NCBI GenBank assembly: GCA_947448205.1
Contig: CANFNL010000001.1
Coordinates: 217 to 64,216, forward strand
DNA from: Bacteriovoracaceae bacterium
GTDB taxonomy: Bacteria; Bdellovibrionota; Bacteriovoracia; Bacteriovoracales; Bacteriovoracaceae
Direction of reading: 5' to 3'
Length of the DNA: 64,000 nucleotides
The position numbers were made by a program, and so were the translations under genes. Each line of letters opens with the position of its first letter. The first letter of the stretch is position 1. Below the pieces are notes generated by a model, which was not told the origin of the DNA, made no database searches, and was given only the letters and a program-made list of their open reading frames with translations. Positions 1 through 10,963 of this stretch are shown here, piece after piece.

Positions 1-735
1 GACTTGTTGAATATTAACCCCGCCATCTCAACCGAAAATACAATTCAAAAAAAATCAATCATATCAATTAATGCTCTAAATGCTGGGAAAATTTGGTTTA
101 AGGGTCAGGACTATTTTTTTTCTTATAGCTCTTTTGATCGTCACACAAACACTCTTTATAACCTTAGTCTTTTTATCTACGACAAAAATTTTAAATTTAC
201 AGAGCAAATTAGTGCTGCCTATGCTGAATATCAAAATTCCGATAGGTGGACACTGCATCGCACTTTTCACTACACTAATCTTGATAATCAGACATTTCCA
301 TCGATAAAATACTATGAAACTAAATCCCAAGTTATCCGTGAGACAATTTCGGATTTCCGTCAAATTAACACAGATATTGCTACCCTTAATATTTGGAAAC
401 TTTATGACTATATCGGAGTACTGAAAAACAATGGTATAAATTTTAGTGAATATTATGTTACTTTTTTAGATAAATTTTCTTCTGCATTTACCTGCCTAGT
501 TCTTTCAATCTTAGCTTCTATTGCTCTCTTTAACCCTAATCGCCGCAATAGCTCCTTTGGGTCAAATGTTGCCTTTGTACTCTCATTTACTTTTACATAC
601 TGGTTCATCTATTCTTATTTTCTTTCTCTCGGTCAATCGAGTCGAATTCCTGCAATGGTTGCAACCTTTGGAGTTCCTTCAGTATTTGTTATCTATTTAT
701 TCTTCTATTTTATTTACCATCGCAAATTACGTTAA
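1..735 (+). CDS. LptF/LptG family LPS export permease, 5'-truncated by the window edge
   Basis: Periplasmic beta-rich region followed by three C-terminal TM helices with the typical 'LSLGQSSRIPAMVATFGVP' ending; frame is open from base 1. Confidence 0.8.
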   Translation, partial: DLLNINPAISTENTIQKKSIISINALNAGKIWFKGQDYFFSYSSFDRHTNTLYNLSLFIYDKNFKFTEQISAAYAEYQNSDRWTLHRTFHYTNLDNQTFPSIKYYETKSQVIRETISDFRQINTDIATLNIWKLYDYIGVLKNNGINFSEYYVTFLDKFSSAFTCLVLSILASIALFNPNRRNSSFGSNVAFVLSFTFTYWFIYSYFLSLGQSSRIPAMVATFGVPSVFVIYLFFYFIYHRKLR

Positions 736-754
736 TTTATGATATCAATTTGCT

Positions 755-1345
755 ATGAAAACTAATTTTTTAGAAAATTACAAACTAGAAGGTGAAAAGC
801 TTGATATTTTCACCTACCCAGCACCCATTTTAAAAAAGGTGGCGAAGCCTGTTACCGAGTTCAACGAAGAACTTCATCTTATTATCAAAAACATGCTCTA
901 CACAATGTACCAAGCTCCAGGTATAGGGCTCGCAGCACCACAAATTGGTGTTAGCTTACGTTTTTTTGTCTTAGACATTTGGTATGATCGTGAAAAAATA
1001 ACACATGCGGACGGTAGAGAAGAATATCGTCTTTCTGAATTTAGCCCAATGGTATTTATTAATCCAATTTTTAAAAGCAAATCTGGAGAGATTATCCATG
1101 AAGAAGGATGCTTAAGCGTTCCTGGTATTTACGAAGATGTAAAGCGTGCTGAAATTGTCACCGTTGAGTTTCAAGACATGTTCGGTGTGTCTCATGAAAT
1201 TGAAGCTGACGAGCTTCTCTCTGTTTGCCTTCAGCATGAAAATGATCATCTAGATGGAATTGTTTTTATTGAAAGACTTAGTTTTTTAAAAAAGCAGCTC
1301 TTGGAAAAAAAATTTTTAAAGCAAAAGAAAAAAGCGAATGCGTAA
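755..1345 (+). CDS. def: peptide deformylase
   Basis: GIGLAAPQIG, EGCLS and QHENDHLDG motifs. Confidence 0.98.
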   Translation: MKTNFLENYKLEGEKLDIFTYPAPILKKVAKPVTEFNEELHLIIKNMLYTMYQAPGIGLAAPQIGVSLRFFVLDIWYDREKITHADGREEYRLSEFSPMVFINPIFKSKSGEIIHEEGCLSVPGIYEDVKRAEIVTVEFQDMFGVSHEIEADELLSVCLQHENDHLDGIVFIERLSFLKKQLLEKKFLKQKKKANA

Positions 1346-2282
1346 ATTAAATGTTGTTTTTTGTGGCACACCAGACTTCTCTCTTCCTACACTAGAGCTA
1401 CTTCACCAACACCCCCATATCAATTTAGTTGGTATTGTGACAATGCCTGACCGACCATCTGGACGGGGTCAAGATTTAAAATCTCCTCCTGTCGCTGAAT
1501 ACGCCAAACTACACAAGCTTCCACTTTTTCAAGTTGAAAACATCAATCGTGAAGATCAAATCTTGAATGAATTTGAGAGTAATAATATAGATTTCATTCT
1601 TGTTCTCGCCTTCGCTCAATTTCTTGGCATTCGACTTCTTAATCTTCCAAAACTTGGCTGTTTCAATATTCATACATCCATTTTGCCAAAATATCGTGGT
1701 GCTGCTCCTATTCAGTATGCACTTCTAAATGGGGATACGACTACAGGTGTCTCAATTCAAAAGATGGTTAAAGAAATGGATGCGGGAGATCTTGTCCACT
1801 TTCACGAATTGGCTATTGCAGAAACCGAAACAAGTGGTTTACTTTCTACCCGTTTAAAATTTCAAGCAGCACTTAGTACTAATCAATTAATTAGAGATAT
1901 TCTCGAAAGCAAACTTACCTTCACGCCTCAAGATTCCTCAAGGATAAGCTTTGCTCCTACTTTAAAAAAAGAAGATGGCTTTCTCGACTTTAAAAATTTT
2001 GATTATAAAAAAATTCAGAATCATATTAAGGCACTTGATCCATGGCCAGGAACTTACTGCTTTCTCAATAACCAAAGATTAAAAGTTTTTCAAATAGATA
2101 AGCTCCAGCGTAATTTAACTCCAGGAGAGCTTTCAACTGATCATGGGCATCTTGCCATTGGGTGCAAGGATTGCACCATTAGGCTTTCACTAGTTCAACT
2201 CGAAGGAAAAAAAGTCGGCAGTGATACTGAATTATTAAATGGCTTAAAGAATAAGGGCGGAATCATTTCTATCAATCCGTAA
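1338..2282 (+). CDS. fmt: methionyl-tRNA formyltransferase
   Basis: FCGTPDFS, NIHTSILPKYRGAAPIQ, MDAGD; overlaps def. Confidence 0.97.
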   Translation: MRKLNVVFCGTPDFSLPTLELLHQHPHINLVGIVTMPDRPSGRGQDLKSPPVAEYAKLHKLPLFQVENINREDQILNEFESNNIDFILVLAFAQFLGIRLLNLPKLGCFNIHTSILPKYRGAAPIQYALLNGDTTTGVSIQKMVKEMDAGDLVHFHELAIAETETSGLLSTRLKFQAALSTNQLIRDILESKLTFTPQDSSRISFAPTLKKEDGFLDFKNFDYKKIQNHIKALDPWPGTYCFLNNQRLKVFQIDKLQRNLTPGELSTDHGHLAIGCKDCTIRLSLVQLEGKKVGSDTELLNGLKNKGGIISINP

Positions 2283-2287
2283 TATTT

Positions 2288-2938
2288 ATGACAATTATTT
2301 CACCAAGTCTTCTTGCTTGCGATTTTTTAAATATTGAAAATGAATTAAATTCTTTTTCTGACATAAACGATATTTGGTTTCATCTTGATGTTATGGATGG
2401 ACACTTTGTCCCGAATTTAACTTTTGGCCAACCAATCATTGAAAGTATTTTAAAGAAATCATCTCATAAGTGTGATGCACATTTTATGGTTACTAATCCA
2501 GAATTTCATGCAGAATCTCTTAAAAACTCTGGTCTGCACAATTTCACTTTTCATTATGAAGCTATTAGTGATTGCCTCTCTTTTATAAAGCATTTAAAAA
2601 CACTTTTTGCGAGTGTTGGAATTTCAATAAAGCCAAATACTCCAACAAGTGTTCTTTCAAATGAACTTTTAAAAATAGTTGATTTAGTTTTAGTTATGTC
2701 TGTTGAGCCTGGTTTTGGGGGACAATCTTTTATGCCAAGTGCATTTGAAAAAATTCGCGAACTAAAAACGAGACGAGAGAGCCTCAAAGCTCATTTTCAA
2801 ATTCAAGTTGACGGAGGGATTTCAAATTTAAATTCTAAAGATTTAATCAAAGAAGGAGCCGACAATTTAGTAGCCGGCTCATATATATTTAAAAACCCAA
2901 GAGAAAAATACAATGATATGATTAAATCACTGCGATAG
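2288..2938 (+). CDS. rpe: ribulose-phosphate 3-epimerase
   Basis: ISPSLLACDF, HLDVMDGHFVPNLTFG, MSVEPGFGGQ, VDGG. Confidence 0.97.
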   Translation: MTIISPSLLACDFLNIENELNSFSDINDIWFHLDVMDGHFVPNLTFGQPIIESILKKSSHKCDAHFMVTNPEFHAESLKNSGLHNFTFHYEAISDCLSFIKHLKTLFASVGISIKPNTPTSVLSNELLKIVDLVLVMSVEPGFGGQSFMPSAFEKIRELKTRRESLKAHFQIQVDGGISNLNSKDLIKEGADNLVAGSYIFKNPREKYNDMIKSLR

Positions 2939-2940
2939 AT

Positions 2941-3516
2941 TTATTTTTCGATTACTAATGCCAGAGTTGCATCTTGCTCACATGTTAATAAATCACCATC
3001 TGCCTTACAATCCATATCCGTCGATGTAACTGTACTTGAAATTGAGGCTCCTGCACCAAGAACTTTTAAGTTTTTCAACAAATCTAAGCCTGATTTTTTA
3101 ATACTTGCTGAATATAATGATTGCATGGTTTCAGAACTTATTTTTATTGATTTTAGAGTCCCAAAAAATGATTTAGATATCTCTGCTTCAACTTCCTGAC
3201 TGATAGCTTCTTTTGAATCTTCAATTTTTAAAATGTTTTTACCAGTTACTTCGTATGAAATCACAGTCGTTGTATCTGACTCATTAATCTCTTTTGACAT
3301 TAAGTTTTTCGATGTTGCCCCATTTATATAATCAAGTTGCACAATTCCAGTTGCTGCATCAGAAATTTTTTCAAATCTGTCTTTTGATACTTTTTTTAAC
3401 TTTAGTGTTTCATGAGTTTTAACCGTTAAATTTATTGCTTCGGATGCATTTGAAACATTGGCAAAAGAGACTGATAAAGTAATTAAAATTAATGCTGTTT
3501 TCATCATAAGCTCCAA
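2941..3516 (-). CDS. hypothetical exported protein (real start probably ATG at 3507 or 3504)
   Basis: Signal peptide MKTALILITLSVSFANVSNA; GGAG RBS just upstream of the ATG-ATG; two C-terminal Cys. Confidence 0.75.
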   Translation of the reverse strand: MELMMKTALILITLSVSFANVSNASEAINLTVKTHETLKLKKVSKDRFEKISDAATGIVQLDYINGATSKNLMSKEINESDTTTVISYEVTGKNILKIEDSKEAISQEVEAEISKSFFGTLKSIKISSETMQSLYSASIKKSGLDLLKNLKVLGAGASISSTVTSTDMDCKADGDLLTCEQDATLALVIEK

Positions 3517-3784
3517 GAAAAGTTGTTGTTGGATCCTATGTTAAACGCTTTGTAACTAGAAACAAGTTACCCTGAATTTATTACATCGTTTTAAATGCTA
3601 GAGGTGTATTCCTATCATTGTTCTATGCTAAGGGCTTAAATTTATGGTTGGAATAATCTGCTTATCTCGAGCCCATTTTGCAATTTTCATTTAATTGGAA
3701 ATATTAAATTGATATCTCAAGCTATTATCGCAAATCGACATTACAAAGGATGAGGGTTCGATTAGGATAAGTAAGGTTAAAGTC

Positions 3785-5332
3785 ATGGAGAATTTAATGC
3801 AATTAATACTTAATGGTCAGAATTTATCGATCGATCAAGTCTATAATGTTGCTCATGCAGCACATGGTACATTCGAGCTTTTAATTAATCCAAATTCATT
3901 AATTAAAATGAATGCTTCAAGAGAATTTGTCTTTGATATCGTTAAAAAAGGTAAACCAGTTTACGGTATTAATACAGGGTTTGGAGCTTTATCAAGTAAA
4001 CATATCGCTGAAAAAGATTTAGCACAATTACAAGTTAATTTAATACGATCTCATTGCACAGGGGTAGGAACTCCTTTTTCAAAAGAAATTACTCGAGCCA
4101 TTATGCTTCTTCGAGCAAATTGTTTAATTTCTGGTTATTCTGGAGTAGAACCCTATGCTGTCATGTTACTTCTTGCATTTTTAAATAACCACATTACTCC
4201 TGTAGTTCCTCAAAAAGGATCAGTAGGTGCCTCTGGTGATCTTGCACCACTTTCACACATTGCTTTGGCGCTTATTGGTGAAGGTGATGTTGAATTTAAT
4301 GGTAAAATTGTTCCAAGTAAAATGGCGTTAGAACAAATTAACATGACTCCTGTTGTGCTTGGCCCAAAAGATGGTCTTGGTCTTATTAATGGGACTGCTT
4401 GTATGGCAGCTCTTGGTGCATTGGCCTGTTATGAGGCTAAAAGAATTATGAAGCTTGCCGATATTGCGACAACAATAACACTCGATGGAGTTAAGGGGAC
4501 TTCTGCTGCCTATAATTCTAAGATTACGCAATTAAAACCTCACTCTGGTCAAATTGCTTCAGTTACAAATTTAAATAAGCTTTTAGAAAACTCGCCTCTT
4601 AAGGACTCGCACCCTGATTGCGGAAAAGTTCAAGACCCTTATTCCCTTCGCTGTGTACCTCAAGTTCATGGAGCTTGCAGACAAACGCTAAAACACGCAA
4701 CAGAAGTAATTGAAACTGAGCTTAATGCAGTCACTGACAATCCCCTTATTTTTGTTGAAACAAAAGAAGTTATTTCAGGAGGAAATTTTCATGGTGAAGC
4801 CCTCGCGCTCTGTATGGATTATTTAGCCATGGGGATTGCTGAAATTTGCAACATAAGTGAGCGCCGTATTGAAAAAATGATGAACCCAACATTTTCAGAG
4901 CTTCCGGCTTTCTTAACTAAAAGTTCCGGTTTAAACTCTGGTTTAATGATTGCTCACGTTACCGCTGCTGCTCTTGTGTCTGAAAATAAATATCTCTGCC
5001 ATCCTGCTAGCGTCGACTCTGTTCCTACATCTACTGACAAAGAAGATCACGTCTCTATGGGGGTTACAGCTGGAAGAAAACTTCACGAAGTTATCGAGAA
5101 CGCTAAATCTGTTTTAGCAATAGAGCTCTTATGCAACACTCAAGCTATAGACTTTCAGCGCCCACTTAAGTCTTCACCTGCTATAGAGTCTGTTCATGCT
5201 CTTGTTCGTAAACATGTAGATAAAATTGAAGACGACAGAATATTTTACAAAGATATAAACAATATTATTAAACTTATCAACAGTGGAGAAATTATATCAG
5301 CTGTTGAAAAGCATATTGGTACATTAGAATAA
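3785..5332 (+). CDS. hutH: histidine ammonia-lyase (start probably ATG 3797)
   Basis: [21 protein letters not shown] (ASG MIO motif), [14 protein letters not shown]. Confidence 0.98.
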   Translation: MENLMQLILNGQNLSIDQVYNVAHAAHGTFELLINPNSLIKMNASREFVFDIVKKGKPVYGINTGFGALSSKHIAEKDLAQLQVNLIRSHCTGVGTPFSKEITRAIMLLRANCLISGYSGVEPYAVMLLLAFLNNHITPVVPQKGSVGASGDLAPLSHIALALIGEGDVEFNGKIVPSKMALEQINMTPVVLGPKDGLGLINGTACMAALGALACYEAKRIMKLADIATTITLDGVKGTSAAYNSKITQLKPHSGQIASVTNLNKLLENSPLKDSHPDCGKVQDPYSLRCVPQVHGACRQTLKHATEVIETELNAVTDNPLIFVETKEVISGGNFHGEALALCMDYLAMGIAEICNISERRIEKMMNPTFSELPAFLTKSSGLNSGLMIAHVTAAALVSENKYLCHPASVDSVPTSTDKEDHVSMGVTAGRKLHEVIENAKSVLAIELLCNTQAIDFQRPLKSSPAIESVHALVRKHVDKIEDDRIFYKDINNIIKLINSGEIISAVEKHIGTLE

Positions 5333-5364
5333 TTAAAAAAATTTCAAGAGATTTAGGAGTTTAT

Positions 5365-7020
5365 ATGAATAGACCAATCCCTCTTCCTCCAACTGGCTCA
5401 ACTCTTACCTGTAAAGGATGGCATCAAGAAGCTGCTCTTCGCTGTCTTTTAAATAATCTGCACCCTGAAGTTGCTGAAGATAGAGAAAATTTAATTGTTT
5501 ATGGTGGTAACGGACAAGCAGCAAGAAATCCTAAGGCACTTTTTGATATTATAGATTCGCTAAAAACATTAGAGAATAATCAAACACTTCTAATACAATC
5601 TGGTAAGCCGGTGGCCATCATGCCTTCACACTCTCACGGGCCCAGAGTTTTAATTGCTAATTCAAACCTAGTTCCTCATTGGGCAACATGGGATCATTTT
5701 AATAAATTAAAAGATGAAGGCTTAATGATGTATGGACAGATGACCGCTGGATCATGGATTTACATAGGAACTCAGGGAATACTTCAAGGTACGTATGAAA
5801 CTTTTATGGCCGCTGCTGAAAAACATTACGGTGAAGGTGCTGACCTCAAAGGCAAGTTAGTATTAACTGCAGGTATTGGCGGTATGGGGGGTGCTCAACC
5901 TCTTGCTGTAAAAATGGCCAATGGTGTTTGCATAGCCTGTGACGTAGAAAAATGGCGAATAGAAAAACGTCTAAAAACTAAATACCTCGATGTGCTTTGT
6001 GAATCTTATGATGAAGCAATTGAACTAGCGCTAATTTCTAAAAAAAATAATACTCCAATTTCAATTGGCGTTGTGGGCAATGCTGCAGATTTTTTTAAAT
6101 ATGTTTACGATAAAGGAATTGTTCCTGATCTCGTAACTGATCAAACCTCTGCGCACGATCCACTTAATGGTTATATTCCTCATGGTATGCCTGTAGAATC
6201 TGCTCTAGAGCTTAGAAGAAAGGATCCTGAAAAATATACTGAACTCTCCTATCAAACAATGGGTGATCATATACGTGTAATGCTAGCTTTTCAAAAAAGT
6301 GGCTCTCATGTTTTCGACTATGGCAACAATTTACGCGAAGGCGCTAAGCTTGCCGGGGTTAAAGATGCCTATAATTTTCCAGGATTTGTTCCCGCTTATA
6401 TTCGCCCTCTTTTTTGTCAGGGCTCAGGTCCATTTAGATGGGTTGCACTCTCAGGAGATCCCGAAGATATTCGAGTGACAGATAATGCCCTAATGGAATT
6501 GTTTCCTGAAAATAAAAAATTACATAATTGGCTAAAAAAAGCTCAAGAGATGGTTGCCTTTCAAGGCTTACCTGCGCGCATCTGCTGGTTAAAATATGGT
6601 GATCGAGAAAAAGCAGGATTACTTTTTAATAAACTCGTACGAGATGGAAAAGTTAAAGCTCCTATCGTTATTGGACGTGATCACCTTGATTGCGGATCTG
6701 TAACAAGCCCCAACAGAGAAACAGAAGGAATGCTTGATGGTACTGATGCTGTTTCAGATTGGTCATTACTCAACTTAATGATCAATACAATGAATGGAGC
6801 CTCTTGGACTTCATTTCACCATGGTGGTGGTGTTGGTATCGGCTATTCTCAACATGCTGGAATGGTCATATGTGCCGACGGCACTAAAGATATGGATGAA
6901 AGATTGTCGAGAGTTTTAAATTCAGATCCTGGTATGGGCATTGTTCGCCACGCTGACGCTGGTTATGAAATAGCTAAAGAATGGGCTCAAAATACTAATA
7001 TTAAATTTCCTAGCTTATAA
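5365..7020 (+). CDS. hutU: urocanate hydratase
   Basis: [44 protein letters not shown]. Confidence 0.98.
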   Translation: MNRPIPLPPTGSTLTCKGWHQEAALRCLLNNLHPEVAEDRENLIVYGGNGQAARNPKALFDIIDSLKTLENNQTLLIQSGKPVAIMPSHSHGPRVLIANSNLVPHWATWDHFNKLKDEGLMMYGQMTAGSWIYIGTQGILQGTYETFMAAAEKHYGEGADLKGKLVLTAGIGGMGGAQPLAVKMANGVCIACDVEKWRIEKRLKTKYLDVLCESYDEAIELALISKKNNTPISIGVVGNAADFFKYVYDKGIVPDLVTDQTSAHDPLNGYIPHGMPVESALELRRKDPEKYTELSYQTMGDHIRVMLAFQKSGSHVFDYGNNLREGAKLAGVKDAYNFPGFVPAYIRPLFCQGSGPFRWVALSGDPEDIRVTDNALMELFPENKKLHNWLKKAQEMVAFQGLPARICWLKYGDREKAGLLFNKLVRDGKVKAPIVIGRDHLDCGSVTSPNRETEGMLDGTDAVSDWSLLNLMINTMNGASWTSFHHGGGVGIGYSQHAGMVICADGTKDMDERLSRVLNSDPGMGIVRHADAGYEIAKEWAQNTNIKFPSL

Positions 7021-7032
7021 AGAGGCTTATTC

Positions 7033-8250
7033 GTGAGTGTTAAAATATTTCGTAACTTTTCAGAAATCGCCACTCTAGCAGGTGCTCATCACAAAGACGG
7101 GCGAAGACTAAATCATGAAGACTTAGGTCTAATTAAAAACGCATCTATTGTTTTTGATCAAGAGAGAATTCTTTGGGTAGGTGAAGATAAACACTTACCT
7201 GACGATATATTAGAAAAAGAATATCCAGAAATTAATATGACTGGGAAAACTTGCTTACCTGAGATTGTTGACTCGCACACGCATTTAGTTTTCGGTGGTG
7301 ATCGGGCCAAAGAATATTCTATGAGACTCAATGGTGCTACTTATGAAGAAATCGCAAACGCTGGCGGGGGCATTTTAAACTCTATGCTTGGCACTCAAGC
7401 ACTTTCTCGATCAGAATTATTAAAACTAGCGAATGCTAGAGCAAAAACGATTAAGGCTTATGGCATAGGCACCATCGAAGTTAAATCAGGGTATGGATTA
7501 ACTTTTGAAAAAGAATACGAACTTGCACATATTATTCACGACCTTAAAAACATTTTGCGCCCCGATATACAAATAATTAATACATTCATGGCCGCTCACG
7601 CAGTTCCCAAAACATTTGCTTCATCATATGAATATATGAAAGAAGTTGTTCTTCCCTTACTAGATAAACTTGGAGAAGAAAAAATTCTTGATTGTGTCGA
7701 TATTTTTCATGAAAAAAATTATTTCTCTGATGAGGATGTTGTTTCTTTGTTTGAACGAGCTAAACGGCATAACCTAAATGTTAAAATTCACGCTGATGAA
7801 TTTAATGATAACAATGGGGCTGTACTCGCCACAAATTTTAATGCACTTTCAGCAGATCATCTCTTAGCTACCGGGCCGCTAGGCATTGAGGCTCTTGCTA
7901 AATCTCAAACAGTTGCGACACTTCTTCCTGGAACTGGTTTGTTTTTAGGTAAACCACAAGCAAATGCTAGGGCCATGCTGGATTCTGGAGTTAAAGTAGC
8001 AATTGCCAGTGATTTTAATCCTGGTTCATGCCACTGTGATAATTTAATTTTACTTGCTTCACTATCTGCTCCAATCTATAAAATGAGTCAATCTGAGCTT
8101 TGGTGTGCAATTACCTTAAATGCAGCTCATGCCTTGGGACTACATTCTCAAGGGGCAATTGTTGTTGACTTAAAGCCTCGTTTTTCAATTTTTAATACCG
8201 ACTCTATTGATCGCATTACCTATAACTGGGGCAAAAACTTAGCCAATTAA
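7033..8250 (+). CDS. hutI: imidazolonepropionase
   Basis: DSHTHLVFGG, EVKSGYGL, IHADEF, SADHL, ASDFNPGS; GTG start. Confidence 0.97.
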   Translation: MSVKIFRNFSEIATLAGAHHKDGRRLNHEDLGLIKNASIVFDQERILWVGEDKHLPDDILEKEYPEINMTGKTCLPEIVDSHTHLVFGGDRAKEYSMRLNGATYEEIANAGGGILNSMLGTQALSRSELLKLANARAKTIKAYGIGTIEVKSGYGLTFEKEYELAHIIHDLKNILRPDIQIINTFMAAHAVPKTFASSYEYMKEVVLPLLDKLGEEKILDCVDIFHEKNYFSDEDVVSLFERAKRHNLNVKIHADEFNDNNGAVLATNFNALSADHLLATGPLGIEALAKSQTVATLLPGTGLFLGKPQANARAMLDSGVKVAIASDFNPGSCHCDNLILLASLSAPIYKMSQSELWCAITLNAAHALGLHSQGAIVVDLKPRFSIFNTDSIDRITYNWGKNLAN

Positions 8251-8312
8251 CTTTTTTAATCTTTTTAGTCAGATAATTAAGACTTAATAAAAATTAATTT
8301 TGTGTCGATAAA

Positions 8313-8675
8313 ATGACTATGATGATTTTAATAAAAAATATTCTTCTTGCATTTTTACTGGCCTCATTAATGGCCTGTGGTGCTGACAAGCTTAATCCTA
8401 AAATGACAGCTTCGATAAACGGATTAAATGCTGGGAACACTTGCCAATGCACCAGCGAGAATTCACCTGTTTGCTCTTCTGACGGTATTGATTATGGCAG
8501 CAGTTGTTTGGCTAACTGTTTTGGAAAAACTATTAAAAACAAAGGTCATTGCGACTGTGCAAGTAATTCCATAATGATTTGTGGAAGTGACGGTAACGAT
8601 CATACGGAATGTGAAGCTAGAGATGCAAAAATACAAATAACTAAATACGTCCCTTGTTCAGTGAAAGAATTATAA
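8313..8675 (+). CDS. lipoprotein with two Kazal-type serine protease inhibitor-like domains
   Basis: Lipobox LMAC; C-x-C-x6-VCSSDGIDY-x3-C and ICGSDG Kazal signatures. Confidence 0.8.
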   Translation: MTMMILIKNILLAFLLASLMACGADKLNPKMTASINGLNAGNTCQCTSENSPVCSSDGIDYGSSCLANCFGKTIKNKGHCDCASNSIMICGSDGNDHTECEARDAKIQITKYVPCSVKEL

Positions 8676-8676
8676 T

Positions 8677-9228
8677 TTAATCCTTTATCCACTTTTTCAT
8701 ATTTTCAATAATCTCTGCTGAAGTAAAATCCATTGGACCGTTGCTAAAGTGCACCACTTTTCCATGGCTAAATATGATTGTTACTGGTATGGCACTTATA
8801 TTAAAACTTTCTGCAATTTTAGTATTTTTATCTGGGATAATTGTAAACTCATCGGTGAGATTTAGCTTCTTCTTTATTTTTTGAATGTTTTTTAATTGCT
8901 CATCTTCATCTGTATTAAAAGCTAGAACCTGAACCTCATTATCTTTAAACTTTTTCTTTAAACTCATTAATGAAGGTATCTCTTCCACGCATGGATTACA
9001 CCAGGAAGCCCAAAAATTGTAAATGACTACTGGAGATTTTAATTTAGAAACATCGATTCTTTTGCCTTCAATTGACTCAAACTGACCCTTGAGAAACATT
9101 TGTTCATATTTAGAAAAGCGGGCATCCTTTTTTGTCGTTTCTGCAAACAATGTTTGCCATCCAACCTGACAAGCTACAAAGCCTGTAAAAGATAATATAA
9201 AAAAAGCTAATGGTAAAAATTTCTTCAT
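8677..9228 (-). CDS. TlpA/ResA-family thiol-disulfide oxidoreductase
   Basis: NFWASWCNPC motif, AIPVT cis-Pro, N-terminal membrane anchor; ATG 9228 preceded by GGAG. Confidence 0.92.
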   Translation of the reverse strand: MKKFLPLAFFILSFTGFVACQVGWQTLFAETTKKDARFSKYEQMFLKGQFESIEGKRIDVSKLKSPVVIYNFWASWCNPCVEEIPSLMSLKKKFKDNEVQVLAFNTDEDEQLKNIQKIKKKLNLTDEFTIIPDKNTKIAESFNISAIPVTIIFSHGKVVHFSNGPMDFTSAEIIENMKKWIKD

Positions 9229-9261
9229 TGTGATTGCTCCTAACCCCATTAAAATTATACT

Positions 9262-9456
9262 ATGAGATCACCGAAAAAAAAATTTTTAAAAGACCAAAGG
9301 GGTCAGACATTTCTTGAATTTATTTTTATCTTGGTTTTATTGATCTCTATCTCTTTTACCTTTATGCGTGGCTTCAACTCACTTATAGGTGCTCGCTGGC
9401 AAGTCATGCTTCGAATAATTGGTAAACCAGAAAACAACGATTTTACATTACCTTAA
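9262..9456 (+). CDS. small TadE/Flp-like prepilin
   Basis: Basic leader then RGQTFLEF (G|Q-x3-E-F processing motif) and a hydrophobic helix. Confidence 0.7.
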   Translation: MRSPKKKFLKDQRGQTFLEFIFILVLLISISFTFMRGFNSLIGARWQVMLRIIGKPENNDFTLP

Positions 9457-9469
9457 ATAGAGAGAATTA

Positions 9470-10963
9470 ATGAAATATATTTTATCCATCGATCAAGGCA
9501 CCACTGGAACCACGGCTTGTTTAATAGATGCTGAAACATTTTTATTTATAGGCAAAGTAAATAGTGAATACCCTCAAATTTTTCCCAAACCAACTTGGGT
9601 TGAACATAATTTAAATGATATCTGGTCAACAGTTGAGCAAACAACTCGAGATTTACTTAAGCTCTTCAACGTTCAAGGAAGCCAAATTTGCTCGATCGGA
9701 ATTACCAATCAAAGAGAGACAACATGTGCCTTTAACCGCCAAGGAATCCCCTTGGCCAATGCCATCGTATGGCAAGATAGAAGAACAACTGATTACTGCC
9801 AGGATTTAAAAAAAATCCCCGGTATCATTGAAAAAATTAAAACAATAACCGGTCTTCCAATTGATCCATATTTTTCTGCGACCAAAATGAATTGGTTGCT
9901 CAATAATAATTCTCACGTTAAAGAAGCTGCGACTAACAATGATTTGCTCTTTGGAACTATCGATACCTTTTTGCTTTTTAAATTGACGGGGCATTCGGTT
10001 CATAAAACTGATGCATCAAATGCTTCTCGAACGATGCTGATGAACTTAAAAGAGACTGCTTGGGATCAAGACCTACTCAAATTATTTTCAATAAAAAAAG
10101 ATTTCCTTCCAAAGATCGAAGACTCATTTCATCTTTTTGGGCAAACAAAAGGTTTATCCTTTCTCCCTGACGGCATTCCCATTACTGGCATACTAGGCGA
10201 CCAGCAATCTGCACTTTTTGGTCAAGCTGGATTTTTCGAAGGAGAAATGAAATGCACCTATGGCACCGGTGCTTTTGTTCTCTTAAATACTGGTGAAAAA
10301 ATTGTCTATTCTAAATCCGGACTTCTTACCACTGTTGAGTATCGCCACAAGGGTAAAACTTTTTATGCACTTGAAGGTTCAAGCTATATAGCTGGAGCTG
10401 CTGTTCAGTGGCTACGAGATAATCTTAAAATTATTTCAAAAAGCTCGGAAGTCGAATCTCTCGCCCTTGAAGTTAAAAATCTCAATGAGCTGGAAAACAT
10501 TCTCTTTTTGCCATTTTTTACGGGAATTGGATCACCCTACTGGAATCCCAGTGCAAAGGCGTCTATCGTTGGATTGACGAGAGATTCGAATCGATCACAC
10601 ATTGCCTATGCTTGTCTCGAAGGAATTGCATTATCCATTAATGACTTATTAAGTGCTATGAAACATGATACTGGTTTGGCCATTGATACATTAAAAGTAG
10701 ATGGTGGTGCAGTTGAAAACAATTTATTAATGCAACTTCAAGCTAGTATTTCAGAAACTAAAATTATTAAGCCTAAAATTATTGAAACTACCGCTTATGG
10801 TGCAGCCCTTGCAGCTGCTGTTGGTGCAGAACTAATTGAATTTGATCAATTAAAATCACTTTGGCAAAAAGATAAAGAGTTTGATCAGGATGATAAATTT
10901 AAGGAATATACAAAAAACAAAAAAGTACTCTGGAAGAAGACGATTCAAACTTTATATTGCTAA
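9470..10963 (+). CDS. glpK: glycerol kinase
   Basis: IDQGTTGT, GITNQRETT, WQDRR, GDQQSALFGQ, KCTYGTG. Confidence 0.97.
   Translation: MKYILSIDQGTTGTTACLIDAETFLFIGKVNSEYPQIFPKPTWVEHNLNDIWSTVEQTTRDLLKLFNVQGSQICSIGITNQRETTCAFNRQGIPLANAIVWQDRRTTDYCQDLKKIPGIIEKIKTITGLPIDPYFSATKMNWLLNNNSHVKEAATNNDLLFGTIDTFLLFKLTGHSVHKTDASNASRTMLMNLKETAWDQDLLKLFSIKKDFLPKIEDSFHLFGQTKGLSFLPDGIPITGILGDQQSALFGQAGFFEGEMKCTYGTGAFVLLNTGEKIVYSKSGLLTTVEYRHKGKTFYALEGSSYIAGAAVQWLRDNLKIISKSSEVESLALEVKNLNELENILFLPFFTGIGSPYWNPSAKASIVGLTRDSNRSHIAYACLEGIALSINDLLSAMKHDTGLAIDTLKVDGGAVENNLLMQLQASISETKIIKPKIIETTAYGAALAAAVGAELIEFDQLKSLWQKDKEFDQDDKFKEYTKNKKVLWKKTIQTLYC

Noticed and set aside
3751-3765. GGGTTCGATT resembling a tRNA T-loop
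   Set aside because: No complementary T-stem 3' arm, no acceptor stem or CCA, and no cloverleaf.
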